A DNA stretch of 64,000 nt, taken from NCBI GenBank assembly GCA_038087875.1, contig CM075989.1, positions 20,212,001 to 20,276,000 on the forward strand. Direction: 5' to 3'. Below are positions 13,130 to 25,230 of the stretch, piece after piece (the stretch's first letter is position 1; each line of letters begins with the position of its first letter). The notes beneath the pieces are model-generated. The model was given only the letters and a program-made list of their open reading frames with translations. It ran no database searches and had not been told where the DNA came from. This DNA comes from Malacoraja senta. Its lineage: Eukaryota. The translations under genes and the position numbers were made by a program.

Positions 13130-13438
13130 ACATTCCTTGTGCGAGGAATAGATCAGGTAGATGCCCAGAGTAGGTAAATTGAGGACCAGAGGACATAGGT
13201 TTAAGGTGAGGGGAAAAGATTTAATAGGAATCTGAGGGGCAACTTTTTCACATAAAGGTTGGTGGGCCTAGTAACGTTTAAGAAACAGTTAGACAGGTAC
13301 ATAGATAGGATTGGTTTGGGGGGATATGAGCCAAACGCAGGCTGGTAGGTAGGACTTGTGTAGCCGGGACATGTTGGCCAGTGTAGGCTAGTTGGGCCGA
13401 AGGGCCAGTTTCCACGCTGTATCACTCTATGACTCTAT
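13130..13438 (+). mobile_element. CR1 LINE 3' fragment
   Basis: accagaggacataggtttaaggtgagggg...gggccgaagggcc...ctctatgactctat tail. Confidence 0.85.
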
Positions 13439-13646
13439 ATACAATTCAGTGATAAAAGTAAATTAAATAATTTAGGATTAACTAAAATGAAACACACCTG
13501 GTATTACATATTTACATTTTTGATCAGGTAAGCAAACCAATTCGAAACTATGGGTTTGCAGAGCCATGGGTGGCATACAGCTGAGGGGCTGAATGAATCC
13601 GGCCTCTCACTTCAGTTTGTTTGGGGTCTGACCTCAGTCTCAAAGG

Positions 13647-13925
13647 TTTTAGTTTTAAAGATACAGCGTGGAAACAGGCGTTTCGGCCCACCGAATCCAT
13701 GCTCATCATTTATCACCCGCATAGTTGTTCTAAGTTATCCCAGTGTTGCATCCTACACATGAGGAGGAATTTTACAGGAGCCAATTAACCTACAAACCTG
13801 CACGTCTTTGGAATGTGGGAGGAAACGGGAGAAAACCCACGCAGTCACAGGGAGAACATGCAAACTCCATACAGACAGCACCCGTGGTCAGGATTGAACC
13901 CGGGTCTCTACCACTGTGCCACCCA
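13647..13925 (-). mobile_element. V-SINE
   Basis: Reverse-complement family match. Confidence 0.8.
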
Positions 13926-15774
13926 GGTCAAGCAGTAAATAAAGAGGGAGATTCAAAAGCATTGGTGTCAGGCCTCCAGCTGCTCTCTTGATTTCTATGC
14001 TGCACAGTTCAAGCAAGGAAGTCGGAGATGAGCTGATCTACAAAGAGAGCCTTACCAGCAGGACTCCACAGAGCTTCAGTAGTTCTAAACATATACAGAA
14101 TTAACTGGCCAATATCTATTTATGGGTGTTCTATACATATAGTTTTAGATGGAACACATTTGAAATATAACCGATACAAAATAATTTAAAAGGCAGGATT
14201 CTAAAAAGTATAAACAAAAAACGTAATTAATATAAATGGAATTATTTGAGGGATATAATGGGTGACTATTTTGAGTTTTCATAAATTTTGTTTCCATATT
14301 GACATCCCCATTCAACTATAAGATTAATAAGTGACTGTAAAGATAATACAGCTCTTAAAAATAATTAGGATATAAGACATTAATTTGTTAAATTAGCTTC
14401 TTTGACATACACATCAGACTTAAAATAGGAAATGCAGAATCACAAAATGCAGATAAACTTTAGATTCTAATAACCGTATCCTTTAAATAAAAAAGCCAAT
14501 GCATTTATTCTAGTAATGCTTAATCTGTGAACTTTCAGTAACGTAGGCTTTGTTCTGTACATGAATTACATTTCTTTTTAAAATAATAGTTGAAAATATC
14601 ATGGCTGAATTTGGAGATTTTCATAATTTTCCGAAACATCATTATGTTAAACCTTGCTGGAGGAAATGAGGAAAAGTACTCTGTAGCCATGTTGCCTTAT
14701 ACCCAACTACATCTGTGGTCCCCTGACACCACGGAGGCATCGTAGTTTACATATTAAACTAATGTCTTTCGGAACTAAAGATCATCTTAATTAGTATTAT
14801 CCTTCCTAAATGTGTAATTGCTTCCAGCAGACAGGTTTGCCAGATAGTCAGATCAAATCAAAGTTTAGATGGTTTCCCAAGGCAGTGTCTTCATTCAAAT
14901 CATCATCTTTGTTATCTTCATAGCATCACCTCTCGTTGTTTGGCAAAATACTCCCAGCAGATAATTTACAACAGTTTACACAAAATTTAACCGTATCAAA
15001 CATATAAGCCTCGTGCAGAAAGAAAATGACTGGCATGTAATCTTTCAAACTTTATTTGGTCTAAAGTCCAATGGCAAGGGTCATTTAAATGCAATATAAA
15101 CATTTATGTTTTATCCAAGAGCATGGTGCTCATTTTTCTAAAAATGAAACTCAACAGTTAACAGTGTTTTACTGTCCAGTCTTATTAAAATTGCTTCTGA
15201 CATTTTCAAGCTTTACAAAGCAACTTCTGTCATCTTTATGTAAGATTGGTTAAGGAAAGGCTGATGCCTAAACTAAATAAAATACCACAGAGTGAGATTA
15301 GACATGGCGATTACTGTACATTTAGTGGATTGTTTGGAAGTAATCTTCAAATTCATCAAAAAATTAAAAGATGGCAATCTGGTGCAGTGACTTGTCATTC
15401 AAGTTTATAAATCAGATTGTTTATGTTCCTTCCGACTGCAATCTTTTTTAACGTGCAAAGGTTGATGCTTATTTACTTGGGCACAACTGACTTGTTGGTT
15501 GAGATTTTTGAGATGGGAATCCTTGGGCAAGATAAATTTCTGTTGTTGAAGTGGGGTGCTGCTGTATTAATGTTCAAAGGAATGTAGGAAAAAGGGGACA
15601 CCAGTTGGCCTTTTAGACCAGCTCCCCAGTTGGCTCTTGCTTGGCTATTAAGAACAGCTGTGTCTTTAACATCTGGATGCTTGTCTGGTAGTTCCTTGGT
15701 TCAAAACAGAGAATATGCCATTGTCTATCGTGTTTAGCTTTACTATCTGCAGATAAATACCATACACTTATTTG

Positions 15775-15990
15775 GAGATGAAAGGAACAGCAGATGCTGG
15801 AATCTAGAGTAAAACACATAGTAATGTAGTACCTCAGCAGGTCAGGCAGCATCTCTGGAGGATGTGAATGGGTGCAGTTTTGGGTCGAGACCTTTTTTCA
15901 GACTAAAGAAGGGTCTTGACCGAATCTCCGCCCAGCCATGTCTTGCAGAGATGCTGCCTGACTCGCTGAGTTACTCCAGCACTTTGTTTT
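15775..15990. mobile_element. Penelope-derived fold-back element
   Basis: Arms ...ctcagcaggtcaggcagcatctctg / cagagatgctgcctgactcgctgag... with axis at ttcagactaaagaaggg. Confidence 0.7.
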
Positions 15991-17379
15991 GCCATAAACC
16001 TCTTGATATTGTAGGACTTGATACAGTATTTGTAAGATTTTATGTGTTTGAATATGTCTTCTTGCCTAGTGAGGGCAATGCTAACTGCAAAGACAGCAAA
16101 AGAAACTGAACACCTCCAAATCGGGTCTTGCATTGACAAGTAACAGCCTTGACAGTATTAATGGCTTTCTTCAATTGCTTTCTAGCTGACTTGGTGCTGA
16201 AGTGGAGCCATCTACTTGGCCACATTTCAGCCATGATTACTTGGGTGTAATTTTACAAAATGGTACCCAAGCTTGAGCACATTTTCTATTTACCTACCAA
16301 GTTATACCCAACAAAGAAATGAAGAAATCCAAAGCCACTTTCTCACGTATCAAGTGGTCTCATTGTTTTCTTCTTCACCTTCAATAATGCACTATTGAAA
16401 CAGGATCTCTCCGAATCCTAGACCCTTGTATTCAACGTTGACGTAGGAAATTCAGTGAGAGCCAAATATAAAATCAGCTAAGTATCTCATTATACAGTAT
16501 CAAAACCTGGTACTACATTGAAGAAAATGTTTAACTTTCATTGTTATTTGGACCAGTCAGGAATATTTAAACTATTTAATACTAGGTAGTTATGAATGAG
16601 ACATTTAACTACTTAAACTCTGTTTCAATGTGCCTGTTCTTTCTCATAAGGTATTGAATTAAACTAAAATAAGATATTTGGAATTTAGATTTCTTCATTA
16701 GTCTAAAAATAATCTAACATCCATATGTTTTATCTGGATAACACAACTTTATTAAGAGGACTATTAACAAAATGTGTTTTAATGGTTATTAAATGGAAAA
16801 ATAAATTTACTTGTTGAGAAATATTGTGAAAAACATATTTCTAAAAAAGCATTTCACTTTAAGACCATTATTGGAACAGAGTGGCTATGAAATTTGTGAA
16901 GAAAAAAAACACTTAATAGTAATGGTGTTGCTGTATCAATCTGTCTTGTATTTAAAGATTATTCCTTGTTTTACCTTTCCATCAACCTGAACCATTAATC
17001 TATAATTTGTTGGTGGGCTGTCATGGTGGTATGAACTTGTGGAAAGTAACGTACAGCTTAAAGTTGGCCTGCAGCATGAGTCTAATTTAGTTCTCGATTT
17101 AAGTTTTTAATTAATTTGGCGGTGATTAAGCTTCCAATGCTAAGCCTTGACCTTTAACGATGCTGTGTTCATTATCTCAAGAGATTTCAAAATTATGTTG
17201 ACTAGCATTTGGACCCCATTTGAAAACATTTGCCCATGTTATTTTTGGCACTGTTTGTTACCTTGTCCTATGTCTTTAAGCATGAAACTTTAAGATTAAT
17301 GAGACAAAATAATGAATCAATTACTGTCGCAGGACACTAAATAGTTCTCAAATCGTTTAACTTTAACTGGTCAATGCAC

Positions 17380-17457
17380 AGCGCTCCATCCAACCTACCT
17401 CGAAGTTATCAAAGAAGCTGAGACTTTCAGCAAAATTCTGCTACAGAAAAACATTGA
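17380..17457 (+). CDS. FAM227B: FAM227B-like exon (78 nt) after the AC acceptor
   Basis: (P)ALHPTYLEVIKEAETFSKILLQKNI resembles recalled human PLPAPTYRDVIKEAKRQF; donor GA|gtaagt. Confidence 0.85.
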
Positions 17458-17504
17458 GTAAGTTAACAAATCATCACTTATTTTGATTTAAGGCTACATT
17501 AGAC

Positions 17505-17720
17505 ATTAAATAAAACAGCATGGAAATAGGCCCTTCTGCACTTGTCCATGCCGACCAAGTTGCCCCATCTAAGCTAGTCTCATTTGCCGATGTTTGGCCC
17601 GTATCTCTCTAAAGTTTTTTATTCATGTACCTGTCCAAATGTCTTTTAAATGCTGTTATGGGGTCTGCCTCAGCTACCTCCTCTGGCAGCTCTTTCCATT
17701 TACCTTTCACCCTCTTATGG
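17505..17720 (-). mobile_element. CR1 LINE 3' fragment
   Basis: acagcatggaaataggccc...gtacctgtccaaatgtcttttaaatg...ctcctctggcagctc. Confidence 0.75.
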
Positions 17721-17805
17721 GAAATCTCGTGATCCATATTTTAAAGAATATTATTGTTGTTAATCAGTGGGCTCTCTCTTTACAGCCTTTTCTTCTTCCT
17801 TATAG

Positions 17806-17880
17806 TGTACATGAGCAAACCAAAAAGGAAGTTGCAAAAATAAAGTGGGACCAGATGCAATTTAACAAAAGAATTGACAG
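17806..17880 (+). CDS. FAM227B: FAM227B-like exon (75 nt, phase 2 to 2)
   Basis: Long polypyrimidine acceptor cttttcttcttccttatag; (D)VHEQTKKEVAKIKWDQMQFNKRID(R); donor AG|gtttgt; in frame with both neighbours. Confidence 0.7.
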
Positions 17881-19539
17881 GTTTGTACCACTACTGATAA
17901 AATGTTATTGGTCACTGCAAGATCTTATTCAGTGCCTGAAGTAATATGTCAATCGCTGACTGTATTAGCTTTAATGAAGCACATTAATAGTGAGATGAGA
18001 AATGTAGCCTCCAGGTTCAGTCAATACAGAATTTATTCCAACTTTAAAAAAAACACCATGTCATGCTTGACCAGGGGAGTTATTTCTTAAAATACTCAGT
18101 ATTTGTAAATATACAACACTAGCAGTGAGAAAATGGGACTGCATAATACTCAAGACAAAGTGCAGGCCGAACTCAGTGGACAGGCAACATCAGTGGAGGG
18201 AAATAGAAAGACAATGTTTCGGGTCTGGACTCTTCTTCAGACTTCCTCCATCACAAAAAGGATCCCGACTCAAAATGCCATCTGTCCATTTCTCTCCACA
18301 GCCACTGAGTTCTTTAACATACATTTTAACATAAAATCGAATTATGTTTTTATGCAACTTGTGGAAAATAGTTAATCTAAAAATGTTTAAATTATTTAAG
18401 AAGTGGGGTGGGCACTATGATCAGGTTTACTAAATCATTAGATAATTATGCTCTCTCTTCTAAACTCTCACCATTTGGGAATTAATTTGGTTCTTAAACA
18501 TTTCCCGGGATTTCACTTGTGTGTGAATAATTTCCAAATACGTACAGTAGAACTTTAATAATCCGGTGCGCTTGGAACTTTGGGAATGCTGGACTAGCAA
18601 ATTTTAATGTTGCTTTTTTCACACGTTACAACATGGTACAATCTAATTTTCTAGTGAACGCAGTGAGATTAAAGGGAGTAGGAAATTTACGTGTACTCCA
18701 GATTCCTTTCCAGTCTCAAGCCAATCCATGTTTTTGACCCAGGGTGTTTTGGACCCAACCCCTGGCTCCAGCCACGCACATTGTACTGACCCCAGATTAC
18801 AATCTGGAACAAAATTATTTTATACATTTTGTATTTATTTTTCAAAGAGTTAGCATTTGTACCCTCTTGTGCTGCTCACCTAACAATAAAAGTGTGCCAA
18901 TTTATAATTTTTTCTATGGCCTGCTTTCTTTTCAGCTGTCGTTCACTTCTTAAGACTGAGAAAGTGGATGGATATAAGTTGATACTTTGTCTATCTGGAC
19001 ATTGCATTGTCTTTGATGAGGTAGCGCAGAATATGTTACTGAGCACGATGGTGTAATGGAGTAGGAATTAGTTACACTAGGATTCAGTTGCACCACCATG
19101 ATGTTGTGGTAAATGTATAGGGTTTAGCCTAGAGGCATGGCGAGGTGTCACCCAGAGGTCAGTTGCTATTTACCCATCTTTGTGATTTGGATAATATTAA
19201 TGTGAGAACTGTCCATAAGATGGGAAATATAATCAGATGCAAAAAAACCTTGTATCCTTGCAGCATCAAAGATATAATGACAAATAATATTAAACAGATA
19301 AATGTAGTGGTGACAAACAACACACTTTTTTGATTGCCAATAAAAGCTGTGGATAGATTTGAATATTATTAGGAACAGAACATTAAATATTCATCACCAA
19401 TTAGAAATTGTAGCTAATGTCAGCAAGGTGTTGGGTTTAATTTTTAAAGAACAGTGTAGAATGAATCGAAGAACACCATTTTGTCAGGCTTTAAGTTAGT
19501 TATAAGGACTAGACGGTGCACTTTTGGTTCTTCAGTTTA

Positions 19540-19730
19540 ATGGTTTAGTTTATTGTCACGTGCACCGAGGTACAGTGGAAAGCTTTTGTTGCGTGCTATC
19601 CGGTCAGCAGGAAGACAATACATGATTACAATCGAGTCATTTACAGTCTATGGATACATGAAAAGGGAATAACTTTTAGTGCAAGGTAAAGCCAGCAATG
19701 TCCGATCAAGGATAGACCGAGGGCCACCTC
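19540..19730 (-). mobile_element. LINE 3'-end fragment (Rex1/Babar-like)
   Basis: tttagtttattgtcacgtgcaccgaggtacagtggaaagcttttgttgcgtgctatcc; same family as 880 and 58820. Confidence 0.6.
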
Positions 19731-20205
19731 TGGATGACTATCTATCTCTTTGGTGAGCCATGAGAATAATTCTTGGGTGAAATGTATCTTGGTTAATTAG
19801 ATAACATTACAGTGCAAGAGTCAAGGCTGGGAACAGGTAAATTGTTTCACACTTAGATGAGTTGAGTTTCTGAATAGTATTCAATCGCTTCCAATCAACA
19901 GTGAAGGTTGTGTGTGTTGAGTGAGAAGAGACATAGCATGGTACAACACCGTCCACACTTGAATAAGTGTCCTAATCTTATGTAAACAAGTAGACTATCA
20001 TTTTAGTACTGGCAGAAGCCTTTGGAACATTTTCACAAAATGTATCATCGCCTTTAGGAATGACCAAGAGAAAAATAAATAAGAGAGACTTTCCCTAACA
20101 ATAGATAATTAAAAAAATATTTTTAAATCATGAAGTCAATTTATTATAGAGTTTGTACATCTCTCAAGGAAAGAAAGTTAACCTATTTTCTCTACATTAT
20201 GCAAG

Positions 20206-20272
20206 ACTGAAAAATGAGCTGAACCAAAATGGAAAATCACTTGAGTCGGCAAGTAGGATGCTCAACAAAATG
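20206..20272 (+). CDS. FAM227B: FAM227B-like exon (67 nt, phase 2 to 0)
   Basis: Acceptor ttttctctacattatgcaag and donor ATG|gtaagt; (R)LKNELNQNGKSLESASRMLNKM is open and in frame. Confidence 0.62.
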
Positions 20273-20860
20273 GTAAGTATGCATTAAATTACTTCTAATT
20301 GTATTCCATTAATTGATACTATTTGAGTTCTATTATTCACTTTGTGTAACCGAAACATTCAGCTCTATTCTGTAATCACACAATGAAAAATACATCTGTA
20401 CTCGTCTGATTTTTAAAACAGTTTATTCCTGTTGAGATATTACCTGCAAAAGCAAGTGTGAGAATAATTAATGTGATCCATGCACGTATCCTTTAAGTTT
20501 AACTTTTCCTGCATGATTAGGAAGTTTATTACCAATTTTCAATTACAATATAGAAAGTAAGCATAATATATCCACAATATGTTTACACCTCAAAACTATT
20601 TAAAATCCTAAAATGGTTTAGTTCCGTGGAATGTACAGGTGTCTTCAGAAACATTATTTTACAGTAGGTATGAATGCTAAATAATGACTGATTTTTAATT
20701 ATTTATTACAATGGCATTTTGAAATTAATGAAAATACACACACTTTTTGCAGTGTATCTTGTCCTTTTTTACTTTGCCACTTAACTTGCATATACAGAAG
20801 ATGACAATCTGCATTCAAAGCTATGGGCTTACATTGGACTTGCATTATATTTGACGACCC

Positions 20861-20891
<31 letters not shown>

Positions 20892-21140
20892 AGGGTAACC
20901 TGAGGAGTACCTTCAGCAACAGACTGCCACAGGAGATCCCTACAGCTATCAAACTGTACAACTCCTCCCCCTTCTGTTGTGGGGTAGACCGACTCCCCTT
21001 TCTCCCCACCCCCCCTCCCCCTCCCCCCAATCTTTGCACATTCCCAATCCTGGACTTTCCACTCGTCACTTTAATTGTGTTTTAGGACTGTTGGCAGATC
21101 AATTTTCCTCCTGGGATAAATAAAGTTCTATCGTATCGTA
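20861..21140 (+). mobile_element. Rex1/Babar LINE 3' end preceded by a (TG)/(TA) microsatellite
   Basis: STFSNRL...PTAIKLYNSS resembles the Rex1 ORF C-terminus; ends gggataaataaagttctatcgtatcgta. Confidence 0.7.
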
Positions 21141-21152
21141 TATAAAATAGCT

Positions 21153-21174
21153 TTTATTGTGGATGTGTTTTATT
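21153..21174 (-). promoter_or_regulatory. Two candidate AATAAA polyadenylation signals for GALK2
   Basis: tttatt at 21153-21158 and 21169-21174; first canonical hexamers downstream of the GALK2 stop. Confidence 0.45.
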
Positions 21175-21372
21175 GTTGGAGGTCCTGTCCATGAGATGAG
21201 TTGTAGATTCAGATCCCTATCTTCATATCCGGTTTATATTAAATTGGTAGAAAATGTTCTATAATATATTCTAGTCTTAATTTTATCAGAAAAATAAAAG
21301 GAGGAACAGTATGCATATGTTTAAGAACAACATTTCTTTCCTCTCATAATTGTTGTCATTGTTTGTCATTAG

Positions 21373-21408
21373 ACCACAGCTGAAGCTAAGAGCGGGCAAA
21401 GGAACTAG
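21373..21408 (+). CDS. FAM227B: Candidate FAM227B-like terminal coding exon
   Basis: Acceptor ttgtcattgtttgtcattag; TTAEAKSGQRN* in phase 0; AATAAA at 21645-21650. Confidence 0.45.
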   Translation, partial: TTAEAKSGQRN

Positions 21409-21644
21409 AGTTTGCCCAAGCCGGAAGAGAGAAAGAAACAAGAATAATCTGTATTGATCGGAATCCTTGCATCAATTACAATTAGGTACAATTTGTTAAA
21501 GCCTCTAGTAAACCACTAAATATTACAACTTATCTTGCTTCAAAAACAGCATTTTGAGGAATGGTATCAAGAAAAAAATTAAAAGGTAATTGCAGAAATG
21601 TTATATTGCGAACAGCCTTATTTTCTTCCAGGAATATGATTTTG

Positions 21645-21650
21645 AATAAA
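21645..21650 (+). promoter_or_regulatory. Candidate AATAAA polyadenylation signal for FAM227B
   Basis: First AATAAA after the predicted stop at 21406-21408. Confidence 0.4.
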
Positions 21651-21710
21651 TGCATCCTAATAATACAAACAAAAGGGGGAGAATCTAATTCCCTTGTTCT
21701 GGCACTTTAC

Positions 21711-21918
21711 TTAAACCTCACGATAAACTACAGCTCCTCCGCCAGGCTGGGTGACAAATAGATTTTGTGTCTGCTTAGCTGCTCTATGACCATCAGCTTT
21801 GTAATAGATTTCTTGCACCTTTGCCAGAAAGCTGTCCAGCTTGTTGTTGGGCACCATTGACACTGTGCAGCCACCCCAGCCAGCACCAGTCAGCCGCGAG
21901 CCCACAGCACCAGACCGT
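21711..21918 (-). CDS. GALK2: GALK2 terminal coding exon
   Basis: (L)RSGAVGSRLTGAGWGGCTVSMVP...LFVTQPGGGAVVYREV*; GHMP motif III; acceptor ttgtcatttcag. Confidence 0.96.
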
Positions 21919-24189
21919 CTGAAATGACAAACAAAGAGTAAAATAAAATTAACGTTCGACTGAAGCTAAACATCACTCTTGCTTCTGGTTTTGTGGGAAT
22001 TCATTTTTAATTGAAGTTTAATTGTAACCGTCATCCTCTGGCTTTTTCTTTTGTGTATTGAGCAAGGATGTTGATGCTGTGGAATGGAACATGTTTCTCT
22101 AATAGGTAGCGGACCATTCAAAGCAGGCTTTTTATCTTTGCAATTTGTGATCGTGGCAAAATAAAATCAGATTTTGTTTTTTAAGAAATTGTCAGCTAGT
22201 GGAGTTAAGTGGAGTTAAAGTTGCAGATCAGTAATCTTTCCCCTGAAATCTTAGCTCTATTTCTAAGTGCAGGCAAAGGGTTTCAATTCAAACTGTTGAG
22301 CATCCCTCCACAGATGCTGCCTGGCTTGCTGAGTTCCTCCCAAAGTTTGCTTTTTGCTTTCTGTCTTAGTTCCGAAGACTGTGACTTGGAAACATTAAAT
22401 TTCTTTTCTTTCCATACATGCCTGACTAGCTGAGTTCTTCCAACATTTGCTATTTTTTCGTGTCAGAGTTCTATGAATGCTGCCATAGTTTGCATGCTAC
22501 AAAGGAGGTATTTTCCAATTTGAAAGGTATCCAAATTAATAGCACAAAGACAGAGGGCATCAGTCAGATTCTGCTCAACAGATCAGTGCCCTACTCCAAC
22601 ACAGTTACTTTACTCTGCCCAAGGTGAGTTACATAACATAGGAAACTTGCCAACTCTGTTTAAAGTAGTGGAACCATATGAAATTATGTCGTGGCAAGGA
22701 AACAAATTAATGCCCATCCACTGCAAATGCCAGTCTTAGCCCAGATGCATTAGTAGTTACTCTTCAAGTAGCGTTCATTGTTTTCCAAAAATATAGTTTG
22801 GGGTCCTTCATAAAAAAATGCATATGAAATAGTTTTGCATTGCTAAGCTACCTAATAATTTAGATGAATTTGTAATACATCTCGCCACTCATCTAAGGAC
22901 AGAGCCTGTCTTTAACCAGGATCATGTAGCAAATAACTGTCAATTAGTAGAGTGAATTTTTGTAATGCAGAATGACATACGTGTCTGGTGTGCAGCTTTT
23001 TGGGTTTCCCCGAAACAAAGGCTTCAAAAACGCAGATTATCTTTCAAAAGTCTAGCATTCCTCAAACTTTGTGTCAATAATCTACAGGCATTCAGGTCTG
23101 TGGGAGAATTTTTCAGGACACCTGACCCTATGCATAATGTAACTTTTCCTTTCGGCAGCCCATATTTTGTTTCCTTGACTTGAGGACACCAACTTAATAT
23201 CGCTCAAACGTAAGAAGAACAATGCTCCTTTCTGTCTGGGCCTGTTATTTATTACATTTTTGTTTGACGTGATAAAAAGATACTTATTTAAACATGGGGC
23301 AGATTTAACTTGGTGACTGCTTTCTTACACAGTGTGCTTCCATCTGAATTACTAGAGATATCTTAATATTTGATCATTAATAAAGCATGGATTTTTTAAC
23401 CTGATATTTGTCCTGGTGTATTTTCTGGAATTTCTGACCTAGATTCCTGAGCTCTGGAACATGATAATTTCTTACAATAAAACCAACAGAACACAAATGC
23501 GTACTCAATAAAACATTCTCACAGACTGTGACCTCTTCATAAATTAAAGAATAGCTATAGAGTAATGAACTGCCTGCCTGCAATACTGAATAATCAGCTA
23601 TCTTGAAAAGTTGTTTGCAGCTACTAGTGTAGTCCAGCCCTTGCACACAAAGCTAGCTTGCTGGAAGGTGCACATTGGAGCTAACTTAAAACGACAAGCA
23701 AACTCAAAAGCATTTGAAAAAAAAAAATCAGACTTCATTAAGTTGCAAAGGAAATATATACAATGGTCCTTGTCAAAGTTTTCAGAGATCAGGAGAGAAG
23801 TGTTCATCAAACATGATCTCGCAGGAAAATGCTTCCTGTTGGCAAATGTAATAGCCGACAGAAGGGACACAACTTAATGTGGACAGTATTTTCCCATCGG
23901 TCTCTTCCACACCTATTCTCAACCGTTCTAACCTTTACAAAGAAAGGATTTTGCAGTGAATTTCAGTGCTGTGGGATATGGGTTTAAGCTGCAGCATGCA
24001 ATGTTAAACCTTTTCTGCACATTAAATTTCACCTGAGATCTCCTTAAACTATTAACTTGTCCAAACTTCCTGAAATAATATACAATCCAAAAAAAAAATC
24101 ATATTTTTCTAGCATGTTCAAATGACAATCCATGTCCCAAATTTGCAAGACCAGATCCCATTTATATACAGTAAGTGTTTGCTCCAACC

Positions 24190-24480
24190 CTGATACCCAA
24201 TGACTTGCCTTCCACAGCCATCTGTGGGAATGAATTCCATGGATTCACCGCCCTCTGAAGATAAAGAGGAATTTTTTTAGCCATTCTAAAGCTACATCCC
24301 TTTATTCTGAGGCTGTGTTCTCTGTCGCAGATTCACCCACTACTGGAAACATGCTCTCCACATCCATTCTATCTAGTCATTATTTGGTAGGTTTCAACAG
24401 GCCCAGAGCCTTCAAATGTTCCTCACACATTAACTCTGGGACTATTCTCGTAAACCTCCTCTGGACCCTCTCCAATGCCA
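24190..24480 (-). mobile_element. CR1 LINE fragment
   Basis: gccttccacagccatctgtgggaatgaattccatggattcacc...attctgaggctgtg...ctggaccctctccaatgcca. Confidence 0.7.
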
Positions 24481-25028
24481 ACAGTTATTAAACTGGCAAT
24501 TCCATGAAGGAAACACCATATGATTAGATTTTTCTGTGTAAAAATGGAGTATATTTTGAATAAAAATGCATTTATTACTTTCCTTCTGTGAAAGATTATT
24601 TTATATATATCTCACTCATTTCAGCAATTGTATCGCCAATCCACAACTGAAATTGGTGAAATCTTTCCTAATATACGTAAAATAGTATCGAGCAAATAAC
24701 CAATTCATTGCCTTCCATTGAATGCTAATATTTCCGTTCTATTTTTACAAACTGTATCTTTGCTTCAAATATCATTTTCAGATTGGCTTCAAAACTAAAG
24801 TACTGTGGTTACATTGACATTAAACAGACATACTCCAGGATTATGCTCTAAATTACTCCTTCAATAAACTCAGATAGCATTACTCCTTGTGGTTACTCTA
24901 ATTGTTGGCTATAAACAGAGTTTTGATTTTGTTATTTTGATGCTATGGAAAATGTGAAACAAAATATTCCTAAGTATAATGAACATATAATCAAATTATT
25001 TAGGGTCTTACTCTTTTGGAAAACTTAC

Positions 25029-25230
25029 AGGCAGACATCCACCAGTTGATCAAGTTCTGGACAGCTGCATTCGTACATATCCCGGCAGCTGAGATGGCTC
25101 TGATTCATCAGGTCCCCCAGCAGTTGCAATGCATTGGCAGGTGTCTCATCACAAACTCTCTTGAATTCGACAACACGTCGGGCTTCACTGTAAACATGCT
25201 TCGCACGCTGATAAAGTTTAAATGATGGCA
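25029..25230 (-). CDS. GALK2: GALK2 exon (202 nt)
   Basis: (V)[26 protein letters not shown]...[27 protein letters not shown]; ag/gtaagt boundaries. Confidence 0.96.

Larger units (their letters stand above)
12935..17379 (+). other. U12-type (minor spliceosome) AT-AC intron
   Basis: 5' ATATCCTTT at 12935-12943; branch-like CTTTAAC at 17361-17367; terminal AC at 17378-17379; splice keeps the reading frame. Confidence 0.88.

Noticed and set aside
18543-18600. TA-CAGTAGAAC... possible Tc1/mariner MITE end
   Set aside because: No matching second TIR could be identified
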